64,000 bases of DNA from Verrucomicrobiales bacterium (GCA_038139415.1 JAYOSV010000001.1:187225-251224); one strand, 5' to 3'; positions 29,366 to 39,331 are shown, counted from the first letter of the stretch. Translations and numbers: made by a program. The notes: generated by a model not told the origin, from the sequence alone.

Positions 29366-30445
29366 ATGGCTGCTTCCCAACCTCATGTGGCGATTGCCTG
29401 TGGTGGGACGGGAGGTCACTTCTTTCCCGGGGTGGCCGTTGCGCGCGCGTTACAGCAGGAAAACGTGCGCGTCACCCTCTGGGTTTCCAACAAGGCCATC
29501 GATCAAAAATCGGTGGCGACCGTGCCGGATTTAGCGTACGTAAGCACTCCGGCCGTGGCGTTGGAATGGCGGCGGCCGTGGCGTTTTCTTTTCGGACTGC
29601 GAACAGCTATGAGGCAGGTGCGCGTGGCTATGATGAACGACCGACCGGCGGCCGTGTTGGCCATGGGCGGTTTTACCTCCGCGGCGCCGATTTTGGTGGG
29701 GCGTAAAATGGGTGCGGCCACTTTTTTGCATGAATCCAATGCCGTGCCGGGCCGGGCTAATCGGCTGCTTTCGCGATGGGCCGATGAGGTGTTGGTGGGC
29801 ATGGCTCCGGCCGCCGAACGCTTTGGCAAGAGTCGGGCGGTGTTAACCGGCACGCCCGTGCGGGACGAATTTCGTGGATTAGATCAACGCGCCTGCCGCG
29901 AGACGCTGGGCCTTCCGCCGGATCAACCGATGGTGCTGGTGATTGGCGGCAGTCAAGGCGCGCGTGGGGTAAACCGGCTGATCACGGCCGCGTCCTCTGA
30001 TTGGCTTGGGGTTTCCCTCCTGCATATTTGCGGTGCCATGGATGAGGCTGAAGTGCGTGAGGCGTATGCCGGGACGGCCCTTGATGTGCAGGTGCATGCA
30101 TTTCTGAAGGCCATGCCGCAGGCCTTAAGTGCGGCCACCGTGGCCGTGAGCAGGGCCGGTGCTTCCTCAATTGCGGAGCTGGCCGCCGCGCGCGTGCCCG
30201 CAGTGTTCATTCCACTGCCCAATTCTGCAGATGATCATCAACGAGCTAATGCGGCAGCGGTGGCCGCGGCGGGGGGCGGGCAGGTGTTGGAGCAACATGA
30301 AACTTCTCCCAGTGAACTGGGCGGCGTGGTGCAGGATTTGGTGGAGGACGATCAAGCTCGGACGAACATGGCTGATGGCATGGCGGCCTTGGATCGACCG
30401 GAATCGGCGGCGCAAATTGCTGATCGGATTCTGCGCCGATTGTGA
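29366..30445 (+). CDS. murG: Undecaprenyl-PP-MurNAc-pentapeptide GlcNAc transferase
   Basis: GGTGGHFFP, HESNAVPGRAN, GGSQGA, SRAGAS and HQRANA. Confidence 0.96.
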   Translation: MAASQPHVAIACGGTGGHFFPGVAVARALQQENVRVTLWVSNKAIDQKSVATVPDLAYVSTPAVALEWRRPWRFLFGLRTAMRQVRVAMMNDRPAAVLAMGGFTSAAPILVGRKMGAATFLHESNAVPGRANRLLSRWADEVLVGMAPAAERFGKSRAVLTGTPVRDEFRGLDQRACRETLGLPPDQPMVLVIGGSQGARGVNRLITAASSDWLGVSLLHICGAMDEAEVREAYAGTALDVQVHAFLKAMPQALSAATVAVSRAGASSIAELAAARVPAVFIPLPNSADDHQRANAAAVAAAGGGQVLEQHETSPSELGGVVQDLVEDDQARTNMADGMAALDRPESAAQIADRILRRL

Positions 30446-30494
30446 AGAAAGCCGCATGGACAGGCCGTCGGTGGCGGCGTAGGAAAGGGTCTCT

Positions 30495-32819
30495 ATGAAC
30501 CGTTTATCTCGCGAACAGGTGGAGCAATGGCTGGCGACTGCGCCGCCGAAAGCTTCGGTGTACCTCGTGGGTGCTGGCGGCTGCGGGATGAGCGGGCTGG
30601 CGCATTTGTTGTTGGATCTCGACTTGGCGGTTCAAGGCTCCGATCTGCGTGATCATGCCGGCTTGCGGTTGTTGCGCGAACGTGGGGCGGTGTTGCATGA
30701 AGGGCATGCCCCGGAACAGTTGCGCGCGGCCCAGCCAGACTTGGTGGTCTATAGCTCAGCCATTCGCATGGATAATCCGGAGCTGGCGTTGGCCCAGCAG
30801 CTGGGTATTCCACTGGTGCGTCGGGCGGTGTTATTGGCAGCTCTGGCGCATCAACGCCGGGCGGTTTGTGTGGCGGGCATGCATGGGAAGACCACTACCA
30901 CGGCGTTGCTGGCTTACGCGCTGGAACAATTGAAGGCTCCGGCCGGATTCGCGGTGGGGGCTGGCGTGCCGCAATTGGGGCGTTCGGCTCGCATGGGCGC
31001 TGACGCTTCGGCTTGGTTTTCGGTGGAGGCGGATGAAAGCGATGGGACCTTACGTGAGTTTCATCCCGAACAGGCCATCGTGCTCAATATCGATGAGGAG
31101 CACTTGGATTATTTCGCCAACTTCCAGGCGGTGTGCGATGAGTTTATGACTTTTGCTGAACAGACCCATGAACGGCTCATTTTTTGTGCGGATGATGCGT
31201 GCCTGCTGGAGTTGTTTGGCGGACACTCGCGATCGGTTAGTTACGGGTTTAACCCGGCGGCCGATTACCGAGCCGAGGTGCGGGGAACAGGCCGGTTTAC
31301 TGTGGAGTGTGCTGGTGAAGCGCTGGGGGAATTTTCGCTGAACTTGTTGGGAGAGAAAAATATTTCCAACGCGGTGGCGGTCGTGGCGTTTTTGCATGCC
31401 AACGGCTTTGAGACGGATGACATTCGCGAAGCGTTGAAGGGGTTTCAGGGAGCTGATCGAAGACAGCAGGAACTGTTTTGCGATGAACGATTCAGGATAT
31501 TTGATGATTACGGACATCATCCGGCGGAAATTGAGGCGACCTTGCGGGCGATCCGCGAGCAGTGTGCGGGCCGTTTATTAGTGGCGTTTCAGCCGCATCG
31601 TTATTCGCGTACGCAACACTTGCTCAGTGAGTTTGCCTCTTGCTTTGGAGAGGCGGATTTGTTGTGGATCACCGAAGTGTACGGGGCCAGCGAGGAACCA
31701 ATTGCAGATATTCATGGACAGCGGCTGGTCGAGGCGATTGCGGCGACCGGGCAACCGGCCGCATTTGCAGCGACGTTGGGTTTGTTGCGAAGCAAAGTGC
31801 GGCAGGCGTTGAAGCCAGGGGATGTAGCAGTTTTTTTGGGCGCGGGCGATATCACGCAAGTGGCGCACGCATTGGCAGAGGATTTACACATGACAGGCAC
31901 AACTCACGCACAGGCATTGCGCGAATTGGTTAGCACCGATAGCGAGGTGCTGGAAAATGAGCCACTGGCCAAGCGCACAACGCTGGGGGTGGGGGGGGCA
32001 GCGGACGTCTTAGTCACGCCAGCCAATGAAACGGATTTGGCTGCAACGATGCGATATGCAGCGACCCATGAAGTGCCCGTGTTCCTACTCGGGCGGGGTT
32101 CGAACCTTGTGATTCGCGAGGGAGGTATTCGAGGGATTGTAATTTGTTTGCGACATAAGGGGTTTGCGCAAATCGAGGTACGGGAAAATGTTTTGCATTG
32201 CGGAGCTGGGGCGCGCCTGAACCACATTGCCAATTCGGCGCGGGATGCTGGCCTAGCAGGGCTGGAGTTTCTGGAGGGCATTCCAGGCTGTCTGGGAGGT
32301 GCGCTGCGAATGAACGCGGGGGCTTGGGGCGGAGAGACATTTGAGCAGGTGGAGTCGGTGCGGTTCATGACGCGTGATGGCCAGATCGAGGAACGGCCGG
32401 GATTTGAAATGGGTGCGGTGTATCGGAGTTGTCCTGTGTTAAGGGATCACATTGCCCTGAGCGCGGTGTTGCGCGGGGAATTGGAGGGCCGAGAAGAGGT
32501 TCGGGCGCGTATGGATGCCTTTCGAAAACAACGGACTGAAAGCCAGCCGCACAATCGTAGTGCCGGTTGCATGTTTAAGAATCCTGAAACCTTGTCGGCG
32601 GGCAAATTGGTGGATGAATGTCGGCTCAAGGGCTTGCGTGTAGGCGGTGCGATGGTTTCCGAGCGCCATGGAAATTTTATCGTCAACGATGGTACCGCTA
32701 CGGCAAATGATGTGCTGACGCTGATCGAGCAAGTACAGGAGCGCGTGAAAACTGAACGCGGAATCGATCTCCACACCGAGGTGCAGGTGGTAGGGGAGCC
32801 TCTGCCGGAAAGCGAATAA
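30495..32819 (+). CDS. murC: MurC-MurB fusion (L-Ala ligase plus UDP-GlcNAc-enolpyruvate reductase)
   Basis: N-half GAGGCGMSGLA, AGMHGKTTTT, EADESDG and DDYGHHP; C-half GRGSN, GIPGCLGGALRMNAGA, SAGCMFKNP and HGNFIVN; no stop between the halves. Confidence 0.95.
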   Translation: MNRLSREQVEQWLATAPPKASVYLVGAGGCGMSGLAHLLLDLDLAVQGSDLRDHAGLRLLRERGAVLHEGHAPEQLRAAQPDLVVYSSAIRMDNPELALAQQLGIPLVRRAVLLAALAHQRRAVCVAGMHGKTTTTALLAYALEQLKAPAGFAVGAGVPQLGRSARMGADASAWFSVEADESDGTLREFHPEQAIVLNIDEEHLDYFANFQAVCDEFMTFAEQTHERLIFCADDACLLELFGGHSRSVSYGFNPAADYRAEVRGTGRFTVECAGEALGEFSLNLLGEKNISNAVAVVAFLHANGFETDDIREALKGFQGADRRQQELFCDERFRIFDDYGHHPAEIEATLRAIREQCAGRLLVAFQPHRYSRTQHLLSEFASCFGEADLLWITEVYGASEEPIADIHGQRLVEAIAATGQPAAFAATLGLLRSKVRQALKPGDVAVFLGAGDITQVAHALAEDLHMTGTTHAQALRELVSTDSEVLENEPLAKRTTLGVGGAADVLVTPANETDLAATMRYAATHEVPVFLLGRGSNLVIREGGIRGIVICLRHKGFAQIEVRENVLHCGAGARLNHIANSARDAGLAGLEFLEGIPGCLGGALRMNAGAWGGETFEQVESVRFMTRDGQIEERPGFEMGAVYRSCPVLRDHIALSAVLRGELEGREEVRARMDAFRKQRTESQPHNRSAGCMFKNPETLSAGKLVDECRLKGLRVGGAMVSERHGNFIVNDGTATANDVLTLIEQVQERVKTERGIDLHTEVQVVGEPLPESE

Positions 32820-32835
32820 TTTCCGCATATCAGGA

Positions 32836-32863
32836 TTGTCCTTAACCCCCATTTTTGTATACT
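32836..32863 (+). promoter_or_regulatory. Putative internal promoter for ddl-ftsQAZ
   Basis: TTGTCC-16 nt-TATACT in the murB-ddl gap. Confidence 0.5.
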
Positions 32864-32877
32864 CAGGCCTAGGAGGT

Positions 32878-33780
32878 TTGGTAAACCAGTTCCAAGTAAC
32901 GGTTCTGCTTGGGGGCAGGAGCGCGGAGCGGGATGTCTCATTACGATCCGGCGCGGCTGTGGCACGTGCCTTGCGTGACCTTGGGCATGCGGTGAGTGAG
33001 GTGGATCCCGCCGGGGAATCATTGGGGTTACCGGCCAAAACAGAGGTGGTGTTCTTGGCGTTGCACGGCGAATATGGAGAGGATGGGCAGGTGCAGTCCC
33101 GGTTGGAAGCACTGGGCGTGCCGTACACCGGCACGAATGCAGTAGGCAGTGCCTTGGCTTTTGATAAGGCGCGCAGCAAGGAAATCTTTGAGCAAAACCA
33201 AGTCGCTTCGCCGCGGGGAGTCCTGATTGATTCTCCAACTTCCACGCCCCCCGACACAATTCCCGCCCCTTGGATTCTCAAGCCGGCGACACAGGGATCC
33301 AGTGTGGGATTAAATCGGGTTGAGGACGAGGTTGGTTGGAATGTGGCTTTGGCGGATTCCCTTCGGCACGGTGGGGCGGTGTTGTGTGAGGAATGTATTC
33401 AAGGGCGCGAGTTGACGGTGGGCGTTTTGGATGGCGTCGCGTTGCCGGTGGTGGAGGTGCGCCCAAAGGTCGGTGGATATAATTACGAAAACAAATACAC
33501 GCCCGGTGCCACCGATTATTTTTGCCCAGCCGAATTGCCGAATGAGATTACCACGCAAGTGCAGGCATTGGGGCTACGCGCTTTTGAGGCTGTAGGGGCA
33601 CGGGATTTTGGGCGTGTTGATGTCATGCTAAATGCGGAATCCGAGCCGTATGTTCTGGAGGTCAACACGCTGCCGGGTATGACCGAAACCAGTTTGCTGC
33701 CCAAAGCCGCCGCGGTGGCTGGTATGAATTTTAATGCGCTCTGTCAGCGCATGCTGGAGTTGGCGTTGCGCCGAAACTAG
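32878..33780 (+). CDS. ddl: D-alanine--D-alanine ligase
   Basis: GGRSAERDVSL, LHGEYGEDG, GSSVG, YNYENKY and EVNTLPGMT; start uncertain (TTG 32878 chosen). Confidence 0.95.
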   Translation: MVNQFQVTVLLGGRSAERDVSLRSGAAVARALRDLGHAVSEVDPAGESLGLPAKTEVVFLALHGEYGEDGQVQSRLEALGVPYTGTNAVGSALAFDKARSKEIFEQNQVASPRGVLIDSPTSTPPDTIPAPWILKPATQGSSVGLNRVEDEVGWNVALADSLRHGGAVLCEECIQGRELTVGVLDGVALPVVEVRPKVGGYNYENKYTPGATDYFCPAELPNEITTQVQALGLRAFEAVGARDFGRVDVMLNAESEPYVLEVNTLPGMTETSLLPKAAAVAGMNFNALCQRMLELALRRN

Positions 33781-33782
33781 AC

Positions 33783-34694
33783 ATGTGGGGAAAACGACGC
33801 CAAGGCAATCGAAGCGGGCATCAACGATACACGTTGTTGAACGTGGATTTGCCGGCTGAAAAAGTGCGCCAACAACGCCTGCGTTGGGCAGCGCGCACGG
33901 CCGGATTTGTGCTGGGCGCGGTGGCGTTGTTTGTGGGAGTGTGGCATGGGGGCGGTTATCTGCTGAAATCGGGGTTTTACCAGAACGATCATTTTTCTGT
34001 GCGCTCGGTAGATATCCGCACCGACGGCGTCATTCAGTCCGGCCAGATTCAAGCGTGGGCGCGTGTGCAAAAGGGTGACAATTTATTCGGCCTGGATTTA
34101 CAACGGGTGAAGCGCGATTTGGAAATGGTGCCTCTGATCGAAACCGCAGCAGTGGATCGTGTGTTACCCGAGACGTTGCGCCTGCGCATTACCGAACGAC
34201 GACCGTTGGCTCAGGTGATTGGCTACAAACAGCAGGGGGATGGAAACCTGCGCCGAGTGCGTTATTGGATCGATGGCCATGGCGTGGTGATTCCACCAAT
34301 TGATCCCAAGCTGACAACTACGGATGCTCCGCCGAAATGGATGCCGCTGATCGTGGGTCTGAGTCAGGCGGAGTTGATGCCCGGACGCGGAATTGATTCC
34401 CCGCAGCTTTCAGCAGCGCTGGAATTGATTCGGCAATTTGATCTGTCTCCAATGGCAGGGTTGGCGCATTTGCGACAAATCGATGTATCCCGCCGCGAGA
34501 CAATGGAAGTGGTGACCTGGCAGGGTGGGCGCATGACACTCGCGTTGCACGGTCTGGGTCGACAGCTGAGTCGCTGGCGGCAGATTCATGATCTGGGCCG
34601 CCAACATCAACGCGCCATCGCAACGGCTGATTTATCCATCAAAAACAATTTGCCCGTGAAATGGGCACTGGCCGGTCGCACGCGCATTGAGTAA
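33783..34694 (+). CDS. ftsQ: Cell division protein FtsQ/DivIB
   Basis: Single TM, POTRA domain ending LPETLRLRITERRP; lies between ddl and ftsA. Confidence 0.88.
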   Translation: MWGKRRQGNRSGHQRYTLLNVDLPAEKVRQQRLRWAARTAGFVLGAVALFVGVWHGGGYLLKSGFYQNDHFSVRSVDIRTDGVIQSGQIQAWARVQKGDNLFGLDLQRVKRDLEMVPLIETAAVDRVLPETLRLRITERRPLAQVIGYKQQGDGNLRRVRYWIDGHGVVIPPIDPKLTTTDAPPKWMPLIVGLSQAELMPGRGIDSPQLSAALELIRQFDLSPMAGLAHLRQIDVSRRETMEVVTWQGGRMTLALHGLGRQLSRWRQIHDLGRQHQRAIATADLSIKNNLPVKWALAGRTRIE

Positions 34695-34697
34695 GCC

Positions 34698-35897
34698 ATG
34701 TTCGATCGCACTGAAATCATCGTGGGCCTAGAGATTGGCACAGCCAAGGTCTGCGCGGTAGTCGGAGAATTAAGCGAGGACGAAGGGCTGCATGTGATTG
34801 GGCTGGGACAATCGCCCTCAGTCGGAGCGGTTCGCAAAGGGGAAATTATCAACGCCGAAGTGGCCGAGGATGCCGTGCGCGCAGCCCTAAATGAAGCGGA
34901 GCAGCAATCGGATATTGAAATCGGGAGTGTTTATCTCGGTGTGACCGGGGCACACATTAAAGGCTTTAACAACCGCGGGGCCCATCCGATTGCCTCGGTG
35001 GGGCGTGAGATTGATGATGATGATGTCAGCCGTGTGGTGCGTGGCGCGCAGCCTCAATTGCCGCCGGATGAGGAGGTGTTGCACACCGTGCGCCAGCATT
35101 TTCGGGTCGATGGTCAGGATGATGTGCAGCAGCCGGTGGGTCGTGTGGCCTCCAGGCTGGAGGTAGATGTGCATGTGGTTTGCGGCCAACGCACCCGGAT
35201 TCAAAATCCGGTGCGGGTGGTGAAGGGGTTGGGCATTGATGTGGAGGATGTGGCCTTTAACGGTCGCGTAGCCGCCTTGCCAATCCTTACATCGCAACTG
35301 GGCGAACAAGGGGCACTGATGGTCGATTTGGGTGCGGGCACCACGGAGTATTCGGTTTATCTGGGTGGCTCCATGTGCCACACGAGAGTGTTGGCGGTGG
35401 GTGGCGAGCATGTGACCAATGATTTGGCGGTGGGCATGAAACTTTCCCAGACACGGGCCGAACGCCTGAAGCTTGAGTATGGCAGTGCCGTGCCGGACCC
35501 GCGCGTGGCGCATCGGGCGGTGAATTTCTCCAGTGATGTGGGGTTGGATGATAAACAGGTGAGTGTGGGGAACATTCAGCAAATTATGCACGCCCGGCTA
35601 GATGAGCTGTTTCAGTTGATCCGCGAAGATCTGGATCAACACGGACTGTTGCGCCGCATCAATGGCAGTGTGCTGTTAACCGGTGGCGGAGCGCGTTTGC
35701 CTCAGATCAATCTCTTAGCGCAACAGGTTTTTGAATTGGATGTCTGTTTGCCGCACGAAACGGATGAGGCGCAGGAAGGGGGATTACTCCACGCCCCCGA
35801 ATGCACGGCAGCCATGGGGCTGGTCAAGTTTGGGGCGCGGCAAGTGCGGGCCCGATCACATCAGCGAAAAGGCCTGCTGGGTTGGTTGACCCATTAA
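34698..35897 (+). CDS. ftsA: Cell division protein FtsA
   Basis: GLEIGTAKV, VDLGAGTT, GGEHVTNDLA and LTGGGA; C-terminal amphipathic GLLGWL. Confidence 0.94.
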   Translation: MFDRTEIIVGLEIGTAKVCAVVGELSEDEGLHVIGLGQSPSVGAVRKGEIINAEVAEDAVRAALNEAEQQSDIEIGSVYLGVTGAHIKGFNNRGAHPIASVGREIDDDDVSRVVRGAQPQLPPDEEVLHTVRQHFRVDGQDDVQQPVGRVASRLEVDVHVVCGQRTRIQNPVRVVKGLGIDVEDVAFNGRVAALPILTSQLGEQGALMVDLGAGTTEYSVYLGGSMCHTRVLAVGGEHVTNDLAVGMKLSQTRAERLKLEYGSAVPDPRVAHRAVNFSSDVGLDDKQVSVGNIQQIMHARLDELFQLIREDLDQHGLLRRINGSVLLTGGGARLPQINLLAQQVFELDVCLPHETDEAQEGGLLHAPECTAAMGLVKFGARQVRARSHQRKGLLGWLTH

Positions 35898-35903
35898 CGA
35901 GCG

Positions 35904-37058
35904 ATGAATTCCGAATCCAACCTTTGCGTGAAAATGGTGGGCGTGGGCTGTGCAGGTCTGCGGTTGTTGGATCGCGTGGCGGCGGCCGGATTCCCGGCTT
36001 CGAATTTTCTGGCGGTGGATTCGGATTGCGAAGACCTGCAACGTTGCCAAATCGCTGAGCGGATTCAGTTGGGCGAAACGAATCGCCGCGGCTGGGGCTG
36101 TAGCGGCGATGAAGGTGAGGGGGCCAATTGTGTGCGGGCAGCGCGCGACCGGATTGCGGGCAAGCTCATGGGGGCGGATCTCGTGGTTATTGTTGCCGGC
36201 ATGGGCGGAGGCATGGGCGGTGGCGGTGCGCCGGTAGTCGCTGAAATCGCCTCCGAAAGAGGCGCGTTGGTCTTAGCTCTGGCGATCGAGCCATTTGATT
36301 TGGAAGGCCGAAATGAAACGGCTCAGGTTGCAGTGAATCGGTTGACGCAAGTGGCCGATACGGTGGTGCTCATGCCCAATCAAAACGTGATGGAAACCCT
36401 AGGCAAAGGAGCCTCGGTGCCCGAATGCATGGAAGCGGCCAATGGTCACGTGTTGGAGGCCCTGATGGGGGTGGGCCGTTTGGCGAGAACGGATGGGGAG
36501 TTGAATGCGGATTTTGAGCACGTGCGAAGTTTGATGATGGGTTACCATGGGGAGAGCAGCTTGGTCACAGTTGAGGTGGCGGGAGACGCTCGCCCAAGGG
36601 CGTTGCTGGAGGCGATCCTAAAGCACCCGTACTTAAACGCGGGTTCGGAGTTTCAAAATTGCGAGGGATTAATCGTGAGTCTCGTGGGAGACGAATCCAT
36701 GTCTATGGAGGAGGTGGATGAGTTTATGGCTCACCTCAAAGCTACGGCATCCCGAGCTAAGGTGATTTTGGGTGTTCATGTGGATGACGCCATGGGTAAG
36801 GGGATGGGGGCGATGGTGCTGATGCCGCGACGGCTGGTGAAGGAGGTGGTCCCCGCTTCAGTGAAACCGGAGCCCCTGCAAATTTCCATGCCCAAACCCT
36901 CCCGAACTCAACCGGCCTCCACTCGCGATTTCCAGCAACAACAACTACCGCTTGTGCCGATCTCGAAGGGGCGCTTTGACAAGGGAGAACCAAACCTTCA
37001 TGATGGTGAGGACCTTGATGTGCCCACATTTTTGCGGCGCAACATGATCTTGAACTAG
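35904..37058 (+). CDS. ftsZ: FtsZ, strongly divergent in the GTPase motifs
   Basis: Follows ftsA; KMVGVG, AGMGGG..GAPVVA, PFDLEG and LNADF; C-terminal DLDVPTFLRR. Confidence 0.9.
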   Translation: MNSESNLCVKMVGVGCAGLRLLDRVAAAGFPASNFLAVDSDCEDLQRCQIAERIQLGETNRRGWGCSGDEGEGANCVRAARDRIAGKLMGADLVVIVAGMGGGMGGGGAPVVAEIASERGALVLALAIEPFDLEGRNETAQVAVNRLTQVADTVVLMPNQNVMETLGKGASVPECMEAANGHVLEALMGVGRLARTDGELNADFEHVRSLMMGYHGESSLVTVEVAGDARPRALLEAILKHPYLNAGSEFQNCEGLIVSLVGDESMSMEEVDEFMAHLKATASRAKVILGVHVDDAMGKGMGAMVLMPRRLVKEVVPASVKPEPLQISMPKPSRTQPASTRDFQQQQLPLVPISKGRFDKGEPNLHDGEDLDVPTFLRRNMILN

Positions 37059-37073
37059 AGTGGCTCTATAGGC

Positions 37074-38309
37074 ATGCAGTGGTATACTGAACTGATTCTG
37101 CTGCTGGGTTTCACCGGCGTGGCCTTCTTCTTTGCCCTCGCGGAAACAGCCTTGCTCACGCTGGGGAAATGGAGGCTTCGCCAGATCACCGCCCATCAGC
37201 CCGAACGCGGCGTATTTATTCGGAAACTGCTGGCATCTCCGCAGGATTTGATCGCGACCATGACGCTGGGGAACACCTTAGCGCACGGCGCAGTGATTGC
37301 CGTGGCACTGGTGCTGGGTTGGAAACTAAATTCCGAGCGCTTTGCCCTAATGGGTTTTCTGCTGGCGGCTGGGTTGATTTTGTTTTCTGAAATCGTTCCC
37401 AAAACATTGGCCGTTCGAAGACCGGAAGCGTGGGCGCCGCGCGTGGCTTCGGTGATGCTTTGGTTGGTGCAACTCACTGGGCCAGTACGTCGGGTGGCGC
37501 AAGCGGTTAACAATCAACTGCTGCGCTTGGTACCTAAATCCATCCAGCCGTTGCCGGCCTTATCCGATGAAGAATATCGCGAACTTCTTGAGCTGGCATG
37601 GCAGTCCGGTACGCTGGGCATTTCGGAAAAGGAAATCATTCTCAGCATTACCCATCTGGATCGGCGCACGGTGGGGGACCTGATGCGACCGCGATCACAA
37701 ATGGCCAGCATCCCACACGACCTAAACGTGCCGGAAATGTTGGAGTCCGCGCGCAAACACCAACACCGCCGGTTGCCGATGTACGGCGAGAGCCCGGATA
37801 GTATCGTCGGTATTTTGAACACGCCCAAGCTCTTGGCGGATCCGGAGGTGGACATGGTGGAGGTTATTGATTTCCCATCCTTTGTGCCCGAAGAAATGAA
37901 CCTGTTGGAGTTACTCAAGAGTTTTCAAAACAAGAAGCACAGCATGGCGATTGTGCTGGATGAATTTGGCACTACCGCGGGCTTGGTGACGCTAGAGGAT
38001 ATTTTGGCGGATATCGTGGGCGGACTGCGCCGGGAAGGAGACGCCTCTCAATTTGTTCTTGAGGAGCAAGGGCAAGGGCGGTGGCGTATGACCGGCAACG
38101 TGTGGTTGGAGGATTTTCGCCGTGAATACCCCGCGCTCGAGCGCGCTCCCGGCGTGGATACCATTGGTGGTTTGGTAACTTCCCAGCTCGATTCCATTCC
38201 GGCAGTTGATACTGTGGTGGAATTCAGTGGCTTAACCTTTCGAGTAACGCGCGCGGACACACGGCGCGTCCTCGAGGTAGTGGCCCAAACAAGGGGAGGT
38301 AAAGGATGA
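37074..38309 (+). CDS. CNNM/CorB (DUF21-CBS-CorC, 'hemolysin family') protein 1
   Basis: FFALAETAL, SEIVPK, CBS pair with VLDEFGTTAGLVTLEDIL, C-terminal CorC-like domain. Confidence 0.9.
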   Translation: MQWYTELILLLGFTGVAFFFALAETALLTLGKWRLRQITAHQPERGVFIRKLLASPQDLIATMTLGNTLAHGAVIAVALVLGWKLNSERFALMGFLLAAGLILFSEIVPKTLAVRRPEAWAPRVASVMLWLVQLTGPVRRVAQAVNNQLLRLVPKSIQPLPALSDEEYRELLELAWQSGTLGISEKEIILSITHLDRRTVGDLMRPRSQMASIPHDLNVPEMLESARKHQHRRLPMYGESPDSIVGILNTPKLLADPEVDMVEVIDFPSFVPEEMNLLELLKSFQNKKHSMAIVLDEFGTTAGLVTLEDILADIVGGLRREGDASQFVLEEQGQGRWRMTGNVWLEDFRREYPALERAPGVDTIGGLVTSQLDSIPAVDTVVEFSGLTFRVTRADTRRVLEVVAQTRGGKG

Positions 38310-39331
38310 CCTCTCTGGAATGGGGTTTGATGGGTTTGGGTGGATTATGCGGGGCCCTTTCGTTTTTCTTATCGGGCCTGGAGACAGGGCTCGTGGAGCT
38401 GAGTCGGTTGCGGTTGCGGCGCATGGCACGTGAAGGCAATGCGCGTGCGGCACGGTTGCTGGAGCATTTGGATCAACCCGAAGACACGCTGTGGACGATT
38501 CTGGTGGGTAACACCATGGCTAACGTCATTCTGGGTTTGGTGGGGTTGTACGGGCTGGCACGGTGGATCGATGTGGATGGCTACAGCGAACTGCTTCGAC
38601 CAACACAAACGGCGGCCATATTTTGGTTGGCGTTTTTGATTGGTTGTTTGCTGTTTTACACCGTGTGCGAGCTATTGCCGAAAATGGTTTTTCGCAAGTA
38701 CGCCACGCGCTTGTGTGTGGTTCTATCTGGCCTCTTCAATTGGGTGGAGCTGTTGCTGAGCCCGTTGGTGGAAGTGCTCAAGAGTGTTTCAGAGGTATTG
38801 TTGTTTGCGCCGGTTGGAGGGACGAGTCGAGGTAACCTGTTTGGCAGCCGAGAAGAGTTGCGGCAATTGATGACCGAGAGCGGCCAGAGCTTGAGCAATG
38901 ACGAACGGGTGATGATTGATCGCGTGTTGGATCTGCAAAAAATTCCCGTACGCGAATTGGCAACACCATTTGATGAACTGCCGGAAATCAATTCAGATGA
39001 TCGTGTGGCGGACCTCGTGCGCAACCATAGCGTGGAGCCGTACACACGATTGCCGGTGTGGACTGAAAGCGGCGCGCGCCGACGTATTGCGGGTGTGGTG
39101 AATTTGCGCCGCCTGATTTTCCTGCCGGAAACTGAATGGCAGCGGCCGGTTGGGGACTTTTTGGAATCTACATTGTACCAAGATGAAGACATTCGGCTGC
39201 AATCGCTCCTACAGGTGATGCAACGCTCCGGCCAACGGGTGGTGATTATTCTGGATAAACGACGTCGTGAACTCGGTATGGTGAGCCTGCCGGATATTCT
39301 CAAGGTGGTATTTGGGGAGGTGAAAGTCTAA
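38306..39331 (+). CDS. CNNM (DUF21-CBS) protein 2, lacking the CorC domain
   Basis: FFLSGLETG, ILVGNT, ELLPK, degenerate CBS pair ending FGEVKV. Confidence 0.85.
   Translation: MTSLEWGLMGLGGLCGALSFFLSGLETGLVELSRLRLRRMAREGNARAARLLEHLDQPEDTLWTILVGNTMANVILGLVGLYGLARWIDVDGYSELLRPTQTAAIFWLAFLIGCLLFYTVCELLPKMVFRKYATRLCVVLSGLFNWVELLLSPLVEVLKSVSEVLLFAPVGGTSRGNLFGSREELRQLMTESGQSLSNDERVMIDRVLDLQKIPVRELATPFDELPEINSDDRVADLVRNHSVEPYTRLPVWTESGARRRIAGVVNLRRLIFLPETEWQRPVGDFLESTLYQDEDIRLQSLLQVMQRSGQRVVIILDKRRRELGMVSLPDILKVVFGEVKV

Noticed and set aside
32439..33281. Two 270-280-aa minus-strand ORFs spanning murB-ddl
   Set aside because: They overlap well-supported genes and lack protein-like motifs
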